From an uncultured Thermodesulfobacteriota bacterium (GTDB taxonomy: Bacteria; Desulfobacterota; WTBG01; CAIYCZ01; CAIRTM01), in the NCBI GenBank assembly GCA_964518865.1, contig CAZFIB010000013.1, positions 2,777 to 66,776 on the forward strand: a stretch of DNA of 64,000 nt, written 5' to 3'. Each line of letters starts with the position of its first letter. The first letter of the stretch is position 1. The notes under the pieces are model-generated. The model searched no databases. It saw only the letters and a program-made list of their open reading frames with translations, and was not told where the DNA came from. A program made the translations under genes and the position numbers. This document shows positions 55,892 to 64,000 of the stretch, in pieces.

Positions 55892-58690
55892 TCACGAATT
55901 CTGTACATAGGCCGGTGATTGCAGGGCCTCTGAACATCGTTCACACACGTCGGGATGACCGTTGTATTCATCGTCGGGCAGCACTTTCCAGCAGCGCAGG
56001 CATTTTGTGCCCCCGGCGCGGGCGACCGTAAGCTCGATGTCCTGCGTCATGGTTTCCACGGAAAAACGCTCCCTGTCGTCGCTGCGCTGCAGTGATACCT
56101 GCGAAACGATGCACAGGTCGGGCAACTCGTTTTCGTAGCGCTGCACGATGTCGAACAGACCGGAAGGAAGCCTCAGGCTGACGGCGGCTTCCAGCGAGTT
56201 GCCGATCTGCTTGTTCTCCCGGGCTGTTTCGAGCTCTTTCAATACGCACTCGCGCAGTTTGAGCAGAACGGCCCATGTTTTTTCAAGGTCGGCATTGTCA
56301 AACGATTCCTCGGGTGCGGGAAAAGTCGAGAGATGAACGCTTTCCAGCGGGGTGCCGGGCATCGCCGCCCAGGCCTCATCTGCAGTGAATGACAGAACGG
56401 GGGCAAGCAGCTCAAGCAGGCTTTTCAGAACCGTATAAATAGTGCTTTGCGCCGCCCGGCGCTCCGGCGCCTCCGGCGCCGAGCAATACAGGCGGTCCTT
56501 GAGTATGTCGAGATACACGGCGCTCATGTCGATGATGCAGAAATTCAGCAGGCTGTGGTAGACTGTATGAAACTCATAGGTCTCGTAGGCCGGCAGCACC
56601 TTGCGGATTACAGTGTTAAGCCGCATAAGGGCCCAGCGGTCGATTTCAGAAAGCTCGGCATAGGGCACTGCGTCACGAGCAGGGTCGAAGTCCGCCAGGG
56701 TTCCCAGCATGAAGCGGCAGGTATTGCGTATCTTGCGGTATGCCTCGGAGAGCCGCTTGAGAATATCCTGGGAGATGCGCATGTCCTCCTGATAATTTTC
56801 CGAGGCGACCCACAGCCGGATGATTTCTGCGCCGTACTGCTTGATGATTTTATCAGGGCTTATGACATTGCCCTTGGATTTGGCCATTTTTTCGCCTTTG
56901 CCGTCGACGACGAACCCGTGAGTCAGGACCGAACGGTAGGGGGCCTGTCCGCGGGTGCCGACTGCGGTGAGCAGCGAGCTCTGGAACCAGCCGCGGTGCT
57001 GATCGCTGCCCTCGAGATACATGTCGCAGGGGCTTGCAAGCTCCCGGCGCTGCTCGAGCACGGCAGCATGGCTGACCCCGGAGTCGAACCACACATCCAG
57101 GATGTCGGTTTCTTTATCGAATGAGGCAGATCCGCAGGACGGGCACACGGTGCCGTCGGGCAGGAGTGTTTCGGCCGGCTCGCTGAACCAGATGTCGCTG
57201 CCCTCCCGCTCGAACAGGCCCGCTACGTGATTGACGATTGCGCTGTCGAGCAGGAGCCCGCCGCAGTCGCCGCAGTAGAACGCCACAATGGGAACGCCCC
57301 AGGACCGCTGCCGGGAGATGCACCAGTCGGGTCTGTTTTCGACCATGCCGGTTATGCGCTCGCGCCCCCAGCGCGGAATCCACCGCGCACCGGCTATGCA
57401 GTCAAGCGCTTTGGTGCGCAGGCCGTTTTTGTCCATGGAAACAAACCACTGCTCGGTCGCCCTGAAGATGACGGGTTTTTTGCACCGCCAGCAGTGGGGA
57501 TAGGAATGGCTGATGTGCTCCTCTTTCAGCAGGGCGCCGGCCTCGCGCAGCATGTCGTTTATGCGCTCATTGGCGGCGAACACGAACTCGCCCGCAAGCG
57601 AACCGGCATCGCCGGTAAAGCAGCCGCGGTCGTCTACGGGTGCATAGATATCAAGGCCGTAGCGCATGCCCGCGACATAGTCCTCCTGGCCGTGTCCGGG
57701 AGCGGTATGCACGCAGCCTGTTCCCGCCTCGAGCGTGACATGGTCGCCGAGGATCAGCGGGGATTCGCGCTCATAGAGCGGATGGCGGCAGCGGACGCCT
57801 TCGATATCCCTGCCGGGAAATCGATTCAGGATTTCAAAGCCCTGAATGTCGCAGGCCAGCATGGTGCGGTTCAAAAGCCCTTCGGCAAGAATAAGAATGT
57901 CGTTTCCGGCACGAACCGCCACATAGTCGAAATCGGGGTGCAGGCAAACCGCCAGATTCGCCGGAATGGTCCAGGGCGTGGTGGTCCAGATGAGCACCGA
58001 TACCGCTCCCTGCAGCCCGGGAATCTGTTCGGCGATATCCGACACGACCGGAAACTTTACATATATCGACGGAGAGGACTCGTCCCGGTACTCGACTTCC
58101 GCCTCGGCAAGCGCGGTCCTGCATGAGGCGCACCACTGAATGGGTTTTTTCTGCTTGTAGAGATCGCCCGTGTCGACAAAGCGGGCAAACTCCCGGACGA
58201 TAGCCGCCGTATAGGCGGGGCTCATGGTCAGGTAGGGGGCCGCCCACTCGCCGAACACACCCAGGCGCTTGAACTCCTCGCGCTGGATATCGACGTGCTT
58301 TTCAGCATAGGCGCGGCAGCTTCGGCGGATTTCCTGTTTTGAAAGGCTGTTCTTCTGTTTGCCCAGCTGTTTCTCAACGTTTATTTCAATCGGCAGTCCG
58401 TGACAGTCCCACCCCGGAACATAGAGCGTGCTGCAGCCGGACATGGTCTTCGATTTGATGATAATGTCTTTCAGGATTTTATTCAGCGCGTGTCCGATAT
58501 GGATGGAGCCGTTTGCGTATGGCGGGCCGTCATGCAGGATGAACGAATCGGCGCCTGCACGGGCCTGTCTGATTTTTTCATACAACCCGCTGTCCTGCCA
58601 GTGCTGCAGCATTTCAGGCTCCTTGCGCGGCAGGCTGGCCTTCATGGGAAACGCGGTCTTCGGCAGATTGATGGTGTTTTTGTAGTCCAT
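55892..58690 (-). CDS. ileS: Isoleucine--tRNA ligase.
   Basis: PYANGSIHIGH (HIGH). KMSKS as KMAKSKGN. C-terminal zinc CLRCW...CERC. Confidence 0.95.
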   Translation of the reverse strand: MDYKNTINLPKTAFPMKASLPRKEPEMLQHWQDSGLYEKIRQARAGADSFILHDGPPYANGSIHIGHALNKILKDIIIKSKTMSGCSTLYVPGWDCHGLPIEINVEKQLGKQKNSLSKQEIRRSCRAYAEKHVDIQREEFKRLGVFGEWAAPYLTMSPAYTAAIVREFARFVDTGDLYKQKKPIQWCASCRTALAEAEVEYRDESSPSIYVKFPVVSDIAEQIPGLQGAVSVLIWTTTPWTIPANLAVCLHPDFDYVAVRAGNDILILAEGLLNRTMLACDIQGFEILNRFPGRDIEGVRCRHPLYERESPLILGDHVTLEAGTGCVHTAPGHGQEDYVAGMRYGLDIYAPVDDRGCFTGDAGSLAGEFVFAANERINDMLREAGALLKEEHISHSYPHCWRCKKPVIFRATEQWFVSMDKNGLRTKALDCIAGARWIPRWGRERITGMVENRPDWCISRQRSWGVPIVAFYCGDCGGLLLDSAIVNHVAGLFEREGSDIWFSEPAETLLPDGTVCPSCGSASFDKETDILDVWFDSGVSHAAVLEQRRELASPCDMYLEGSDQHRGWFQSSLLTAVGTRGQAPYRSVLTHGFVVDGKGEKMAKSKGNVISPDKIIKQYGAEIIRLWVASENYQEDMRISQDILKRLSEAYRKIRNTCRFMLGTLADFDPARDAVPYAELSEIDRWALMRLNTVIRKVLPAYETYEFHTVYHSLLNFCIIDMSAVYLDILKDRLYCSAPEAPERRAAQSTIYTVLKSLLELLAPVLSFTADEAWAAMPGTPLESVHLSTFPAPEESFDNADLEKTWAVLLKLRECVLKELETARENKQIGNSLEAAVSLRLPSGLFDIVQRYENELPDLCIVSQVSLQRSDDRERFSVETMTQDIELTVARAGGTKCLRCWKVLPDDEYNGHPDVCERCSEALQSPAYVQNS

Positions 58691-58887
58691 GGAACGCTCC
58701 GCTGGTACGTACCGATCGCATTTTCTTCAGTACGTTTCGGATGCATGCGCTCGGTAAATGTAGAAATTTATCATATGTCTTTGTAAAGTCAATAAAAACC
58801 TTCTTTTAACTTGCCAAGCCTGCAAAGGCTGTGATAAAAATTTTAGTTTATGTAATCGAGAATACTTTTCATACAGGATCCGGCGGT

Positions 58888-61464
58888 ATGCAGAAACAGT
58901 ACGAGCCCCACGCCGTAGAGGAGAAGTGGCAGCGCATCTGGGAAGAACAGCAGGTGTTCAAAACCGTTGAGGGCGGCGACCGCAAAAAATATTACCTGCT
59001 TGAAATGTTCCCCTACCCCTCAGGGCGCATCCACATGGGGCATGTCAGAAACTACACGATCGGCGACGTCGTGGCACGCTACAAGGCGATGCAGGGCTAT
59101 AATGTGCTGCATCCCATGGGGTGGGACGCATTCGGCATGCCTGCTGAAAACGCGGCACTGCAGAGCGGCACCCACCCGTCCTCATGGACCTACAGCAACA
59201 TCGACATGATGAAAAAGCAGCTCAAACGCATGGGTTTCAGCTATGACTGGGACCGTGAGCTGGCAACCTGCGATGTGTCGTACTACAGGTGGGAGCAGTG
59301 GATTTTTCTGCAGATGTATGAGCGCGGACTGGCGTTCCGCAAAAAATCCTATGTCAACTGGTGTGCCGCCTGCAGCACGGTTCTGGCCAATGAGCAGGTG
59401 GAAAGCGGCCGGTGCTGGCGCTGCAAGAACGAGGTCTCGCAGAAAGAGCTGAGCCAGTGGTTTTTCCGCATCACTGACTATGCCGATGAACTGCTCGCAT
59501 CCCTGGACGCCCTTTCCGGCTGGCCCGAGCGGGTGATTGCCATGCAGCGCAACTGGATCGGGCGCAGCTACGGAACCGAGATAGACTTTGTTGTCGAGGG
59601 AACGGGCGAAAAGATCACCGTTTTCACCACCAGGCCGGACACGCTTTACGGGGCGACCTTTATGAGCCTTGCACCCGAGCACCCGCTTGCCGGGCATCTT
59701 GCAGCAGGCACACCGCAGGAACAGCCGGTGCGCGAGTTCGTCGATCGGGTTCTGGTGCAGGACCGGACGGTCAGGACATCGGATGATCTTGAAAAAGAGG
59801 GCGTGTTTACCGGCGCCTACTGCATCAATCCGGTAACGTCGCAGCGGATGCCCGTGTATGTCGCCAATTTTGTGCTGATGGAGTACGGCACCGGTGCGGT
59901 TATGGCGGTACCGGCACATGATCAGCGTGATTTCGAATTCGCAAAAAAATACGGGCTGGAGGTCAAGGTCGTTATTCAGCCCGAGGACAGACCGCTCGAC
60001 GCCGATTCGATGACCGTGGCCTATGTCGATGAAGGGGTTCTGGTGAACTCGGGCCGTTTCGACGGCCGGAAAAACACGGCCGCCATGCAGGCTATAACTG
60101 ACTATCTTGCAGAGCAGGAAGCCGGTCGGCAGGCAGTCAACTACCGTCTGAAAGACTGGGGTATCTCACGGCAGCGCTACTGGGGAGCGCCGATTCCGAT
60201 ACTGTACTGCGACGCCTGCGGCACGGTGCCGGTTCCCGCAGACGATCTGCCGGTGACGCTGCCCGAGGAAGTGTCGCTGGAAGTCATGGGGCGCTCACCC
60301 CTGGCCGACTGTGAGGCATTCGTTGCCGCCGTCTGCCCGACGTGCGGTGGGCCCGCCAGGCGGGAAACCGACACGATGGATACATTTGTCGAGTCCTCCT
60401 GGTATTTCGAGCGCTATGCCTGCCCGGACTGCGACGCAGGCCCCCTTGACGCCGGTCGGGTGAACTACTGGATGCCGGTCGATCAGTATATCGGCGGCAT
60501 AGAGCACGCTGTCCTGCACCTGCTCTATGCGAGGTTTTTCACAAAGGTGCTGCGCGATCTGGGGCTGGTCGGCGTCGACGAGCCGTTTGTCAACCTGCTG
60601 ACCCAGGGTATGGTGTGCATGGAAACCTGCCGCTGCGAATCCTGCGGCTGGCTGTATCCGGAAGAGGTTCGCGACGGCTGCTGCACCAGGTGCGGCGGTC
60701 CCGCCCGGATCGGGCGTACGGAAAAAATGTCCAAATCTACCAGAAACGTTGTTGACCCCGAAAAGCTGATTGCGCGGTACGGGGCGGATACCGCGCGTCT
60801 TTTCTGCCTGTTTGCAGCCCCGCCAGAACGCGACCTGGAGTGGAGCGACAAGGGTGTTGAGGGCTCATATCGGTTCCTGCAGCGCATATGGCGTCTTCTG
60901 GCCGACCGCGGTGATGCTGCAGCGGCCACGACCCGGGTCGACTGGAGCGGCGCCGATGAAGAGACGGCAACCATCCGGAGAAAAACGCATCAGACCATAC
61001 GAAAGGTAACCGAGGATATCGAAAAGCGCTTTCATTTCAACACCGCTATCAGCGCCGTTATGGAACTCGTCAATGATTTGTATCAGTTCGATGCCGGCCG
61101 GGATGCAGGCCCCCAGCGACAGGCGGCGTTCAGGGAGGCCTTTGAATCGGTGGTCCTGCTTCTCTCGCCCATGGTGCCCCATGTCTGCGAGGAGCTGTGG
61201 AGCCGGCTGGGAAACGAGGGCGGCATCAGCCGGGCGGCCTGGCCGGTTTTCGATCCGGCGATAGCACGGGCGGATGAAGTCGAGATCGTCATACAGGTCA
61301 ACGGCAAACTGCGCGGTAAAATAAGCGCGGCAGCCGATGCTGCAGACGATGAGCTCAAGCAGCAGGCGCTCGATTCCGACAGCGTCAGGCCGTGGATCGA
61401 GGGCAGGGACATTAAGAAAGTTATTGTCGTTCCCGGAAAGCTTGTGAGTATTGTGGTAAAATAA
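58888..61464 (+). CDS. leuS: Leucine--tRNA ligase.
   Basis: [20 protein letters not shown]...[14 protein letters not shown]...KMSKS. Confidence 0.95.
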   Translation: MQKQYEPHAVEEKWQRIWEEQQVFKTVEGGDRKKYYLLEMFPYPSGRIHMGHVRNYTIGDVVARYKAMQGYNVLHPMGWDAFGMPAENAALQSGTHPSSWTYSNIDMMKKQLKRMGFSYDWDRELATCDVSYYRWEQWIFLQMYERGLAFRKKSYVNWCAACSTVLANEQVESGRCWRCKNEVSQKELSQWFFRITDYADELLASLDALSGWPERVIAMQRNWIGRSYGTEIDFVVEGTGEKITVFTTRPDTLYGATFMSLAPEHPLAGHLAAGTPQEQPVREFVDRVLVQDRTVRTSDDLEKEGVFTGAYCINPVTSQRMPVYVANFVLMEYGTGAVMAVPAHDQRDFEFAKKYGLEVKVVIQPEDRPLDADSMTVAYVDEGVLVNSGRFDGRKNTAAMQAITDYLAEQEAGRQAVNYRLKDWGISRQRYWGAPIPILYCDACGTVPVPADDLPVTLPEEVSLEVMGRSPLADCEAFVAAVCPTCGGPARRETDTMDTFVESSWYFERYACPDCDAGPLDAGRVNYWMPVDQYIGGIEHAVLHLLYARFFTKVLRDLGLVGVDEPFVNLLTQGMVCMETCRCESCGWLYPEEVRDGCCTRCGGPARIGRTEKMSKSTRNVVDPEKLIARYGADTARLFCLFAAPPERDLEWSDKGVEGSYRFLQRIWRLLADRGDAAAATTRVDWSGADEETATIRRKTHQTIRKVTEDIEKRFHFNTAISAVMELVNDLYQFDAGRDAGPQRQAAFREAFESVVLLLSPMVPHVCEELWSRLGNEGGISRAAWPVFDPAIARADEVEIVIQVNGKLRGKISAAADAADDELKQQALDSDSVRPWIEGRDIKKVIVVPGKLVSIVVK

Positions 61465-61517
61465 GCGGCCTGCGCCCGGTGCGCATGCGTGCCTGTTTAA
61501 AAAAAAGGAGGTCTGCT

Positions 61518-62036
61518 GTGCTCAAGCGTTTGCCGATTGTCTGTCTGCTGACCGTGCTGCTTCTTGCCGGCAGCTGCGGGTACCGTCTCGCCAGGCCGGG
61601 CAACAGCCTGCTTGCGGGAATTTCAACAATCGCCGTTCCCTACTTTCAGAACAAGAGCTATGAGCCCGGAGCCGAAGCGCTGTTTACGGAAGCCTTTGTC
61701 GATGAGTTCGTCAGGAGCGGCAGACTTGCGCTTGCCGACGCATCGGAAGCGGATGTCGTGCTGCAGGGGACCATACAACGCCTCAGCGACTACATAAGCG
61801 CTTACAGCACCGACGACAAGTCGCTGGAGTACCGGGTTGCTGCCGTGCTCGATCTTGTGCTTCTGGAGCGGACCAGCGGGGAGGTGCTCTGGAAGCGGAT
61901 ACGCCTTGTTCATGCTGAAGACTATTTAATCGGCGAAAGTATCGCAACCGGAGAGGCCGGCAAGCGGGAAGCTATCAGGCAGCTCGCCGTCGATCTGGCC
62001 GAACGGGTGCATGAAAGCATTATGCAGGGCTTTTGA
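61518..62036 (+). CDS. lptE: LPS-assembly lipoprotein LptE-like.
   Basis: Lipobox LLLAGS|C after GTG with AAGGAGG RBS. Conserved leuS-lptE-holA synteny. Confidence 0.65.
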   Translation: MLKRLPIVCLLTVLLLAGSCGYRLARPGNSLLAGISTIAVPYFQNKSYEPGAEALFTEAFVDEFVRSGRLALADASEADVVLQGTIQRLSDYISAYSTDDKSLEYRVAAVLDLVLLERTSGEVLWKRIRLVHAEDYLIGESIATGEAGKREAIRQLAVDLAERVHESIMQGF

Positions 62037-63047
62037 ATGCGACCCGACGAACTGCTGCGACAGATAAAAAAAAACACCATCGCCCCGGTCTGCCTTCTCC
62101 ACGGAAACAATCTCAGGGCCGTAAACCAGTGTGTCACGGCGCTGCGCACAGCGCTGTTCGGCGATGTCGAGCCGGATATGGACCTGCAGACGTTCGACGC
62201 TCAGGTGCATCAGCCGCAGGATATCGTGCAGGCGGCCCGAACCGTCCCGTTGCTGTTTCCCCGCAGGATGGTTCTTGTCAGACGCGCGGAGGCTTTCAGG
62301 GAACAGCAGTGGAAGGAATGCGAGCGCTGCTTCAGCGCGCCCTCCGCCCGCTGCTGCCTTGTCATAACCGCGCAAAAGCTTCCGCCGAAACGCTGGGCGG
62401 ACCTGCTGAAAAAAAACGGCGTGACGGTGGAGTGCAGCAATCCGCGCGGCGAACGCCAGGTGCGTGCACTTCTCAGGGAGGAGCTCAGGCGCCGCGGCCT
62501 GACAGCCACCGACGCCGCGCTCGACTATATGGTCGAAACGGTGGCGGCCGACGGCCAGTCGGTGGCCGCCGAAGCGGCAAAGATCGAACTGTACTGCCGC
62601 GGCAGAAAACAGGTCGATCTGCGCGATGCCCAAAGCATTATCACGGGATCGGGCTCGGTCACTATTTTCAAGGCGACCGATGAAATCTTCAGCGGAAACC
62701 GTCTTCAGGCGCTTGTGTATCTGCATGATCTTCTGATCGACAACTACGAGCCGCTTGTGTTTCTCAAGATGGTTGCCCGTCATCTGAGGCTTGTTTCCCG
62801 GGCGCATGAAGCGCTGCGTCACGGGGAGGGCGCCGCCGGTGCGGCACGACGCACGGGCGCAAAAGACTGGCTTGCGGAAAAGTACGCAAAACAGGCTCGC
62901 GGATGGTCACAAACGGCCCTGAGCAGGGCGTTCGAGGAGATTTTTCAGGCTGATGTGCGCATTAAAACCAGCCGCCTGGACAGGCGCTTTGTTCTGGAAG
63001 ACCTGGTGGGAAAACTTGTGCAGCTGCGCAATCAGCCGGCTGCCTGA
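62037..63047 (+). CDS. holA: DNA polymerase III subunit delta.
   Basis: 336 aa. Position after lptE. LLHGNN... pattern typical of HolA N-terminus. Confidence 0.7.
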   Translation: MRPDELLRQIKKNTIAPVCLLHGNNLRAVNQCVTALRTALFGDVEPDMDLQTFDAQVHQPQDIVQAARTVPLLFPRRMVLVRRAEAFREQQWKECERCFSAPSARCCLVITAQKLPPKRWADLLKKNGVTVECSNPRGERQVRALLREELRRRGLTATDAALDYMVETVAADGQSVAAEAAKIELYCRGRKQVDLRDAQSIITGSGSVTIFKATDEIFSGNRLQALVYLHDLLIDNYEPLVFLKMVARHLRLVSRAHEALRHGEGAAGAARRTGAKDWLAEKYAKQARGWSQTALSRAFEEIFQADVRIKTSRLDRRFVLEDLVGKLVQLRNQPAA

Positions 63048-63307
63048 AGAACCGAATTGGCACGCTTTGCAAGGCGCGCTATTTTTCGTGAAGCGGTTGT
63101 CTTTTTGATAATGCCCTTGCTTGCGGTCTTGTCGATCACTTTTGACGTTATCTGAAGCTGCTTTTTGACCGCCTCCCGGTCTTTCTCCTCAACGGCTTTC
63201 AGAAGCGACTTGATAGATGTTTTCATGAATGATTTTGCCGACCGGTTGCGGGCGCGACGAATAAGGCTCTGACGGTGGCGCTTGAGTGCCGATTTATGAT
63301 TAGCCAA
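63032..63307 (-). CDS. rpsT: 30S ribosomal protein S20.
   Basis: MANHKSALKRHRQSLIRRARNRS from a TTG start (plus 63305-63307) after AAGGAG. The ORF track's upstream extension is rejected. Confidence 0.85.
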   Translation of the reverse strand: MANHKSALKRHRQSLIRRARNRSAKSFMKTSIKSLLKAVEEKDREAVKKQLQITSKVIDKTASKGIIKKTTASRKIARLAKRANSVLQAAG

Positions 63308-63368
63308 AACAAACTCCTTGCTGTGAGTTATTATATTTAAATAAATTAAAATAACATATAGCATTTTA

Positions 63369-63914
63369 ATGTCAAGTAAAATTAACCATGATAAAAAATA
63401 TTTCACTGTTTTTACTACCGGTTTCGGCTGGTGCGGGGTGGTTTTCACCCTGCGGGGGGTTCAGCGTATTTTCCTGCCCGAAAAAAAGCGCGCGTATCTC
63501 GATAAGCGGATTCAGGATGCCTTCCCGGATGCTGTCACGGATACGGAAACGTTCTCCGGACTCTGCAGCGAGCTGATATCGTATTTCCGGGGTTCTGCCC
63601 CTCGTTTTGACTGCCGGCTGGATATGCGCAGGGCAACGGCGTTTCAAAGAAACGTCTGGAACGCTGCCCGCAAGATTCCTTATGGAGAGGTCACAACCTA
63701 CGGCGGCATCGCAGCACAGCTGCACCGGCCGCGCGCAGCCCGGGCGGTGGGCACGGCGCTGGGCCGCAACCCGTTTCCGATCGTCGTGCCCTGTCACCGC
63801 GTGCTTCCCGCTGCCGGCGGCCTGGGAGGGTTTTCCGGGCCGGATGGGGCCGCGTATAAAAAAAGACTTCTTCGGCTCGAGGGATCGCTCGGGAGGCAGC
63901 CGTCTGCAGCATGA
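63369..63914 (+). CDS. ogt: Methylated-DNA--protein-cysteine methyltransferase.
   Basis: IPYGEVTTYGGIA...VVPCHRVL active-site motif. Confidence 0.85.
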   Translation: MSSKINHDKKYFTVFTTGFGWCGVVFTLRGVQRIFLPEKKRAYLDKRIQDAFPDAVTDTETFSGLCSELISYFRGSAPRFDCRLDMRRATAFQRNVWNAARKIPYGEVTTYGGIAAQLHRPRAARAVGTALGRNPFPIVVPCHRVLPAAGGLGGFSGPDGAAYKKRLLRLEGSLGRQPSAA

Positions 63915-64000
63915 ATTATACTCTATGCATAAATTCCCGCCGGCTCGGGGATGACGGATGCAACGACGGTGGGCAGCGACTCTCATTGTGCAGACGGAAA

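Noticed and set aside
1-64000. Searched for CRISPR arrays, integrase/transposase genes, rRNA, and additional tRNAs.
   Set aside because: No regularly spaced direct repeats with unique spacers were found. No recognisable integrase, transposase or rRNA motifs were found. Only one tRNA (Ser-GGA, 32671-32762) was identified by eye.

Overview
This is a GC-rich bacterial chromosomal segment. The gene content suggests an anaerobic deltaproteobacterium (Desulfobacterota-like): acs, etfBA, porGDAB, anaerobic RNR nrdDG, and a sigma-54 two-component pair. All calls below are made by eye from the sequence and the ORF track, with no database search.

Housekeeping content: acetyl-CoA synthetase; a Cache-PAS histidine kinase with an NtrC-type sigma-54 activator; electron-transfer flavoprotein; pyruvate/2-oxoacid:ferredoxin oxidoreductase; nrdD-trx-nrdG; tadA; tRNA-Ser(GGA). 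Conserved operons present are dnaX-ybaB-recR, hflKC-rpmA-proB-nadD-rsfS-comF-ispB, dtd, dapB-folK, an rpoD-like sigma factor, ileS-lspA-lgt (minus strand), leuS-lptE-holA, rpsT and ogt.

The accessory content is a type IV pilus minor-pilin operon (two FimT/GspH-like paralogues, pilW, pilV, pilX and a 1989-aa PilY1) followed by pilB, an hldE-domain-II-like gene and pilZ. This operon has two unusual features:
- A fused MFS/spermidine-synthase membrane gene sits between the two FimT-like genes.
- PilY1 carries a ConA/LamG-like module and a discoidin (F5/8-C)-like module upstream of a propeller that retains the DxNxDGxxD calcium loop.

The most novel-looking signal is two families of short, highly structured intergenic repeat elements. 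Family A is about 100 bp in 3 copies; family B is about 133 bp in 3 copies plus a degenerate relative. They co-occur at two loci and have ERIC/Correia/MITE-like architecture.

Other candidates:
- A perfect 12-bp inverted repeat (a candidate bEBP UAS) plus a -24/-12-like motif upstream of acs, near the NtrC-type pair.
- A 13-bp perfect palindromic operator over the nrdD promoter.
- Sigma-54-like motifs upstream of both pilin transcription units.
- A BNR-propeller/alpha-beta-hydrolase fusion lipoprotein next to a GH39-like hydrolase.

No CRISPR array, integrase or transposase was seen. Most long antisense ORFs in the track are compositional shadow ORFs.
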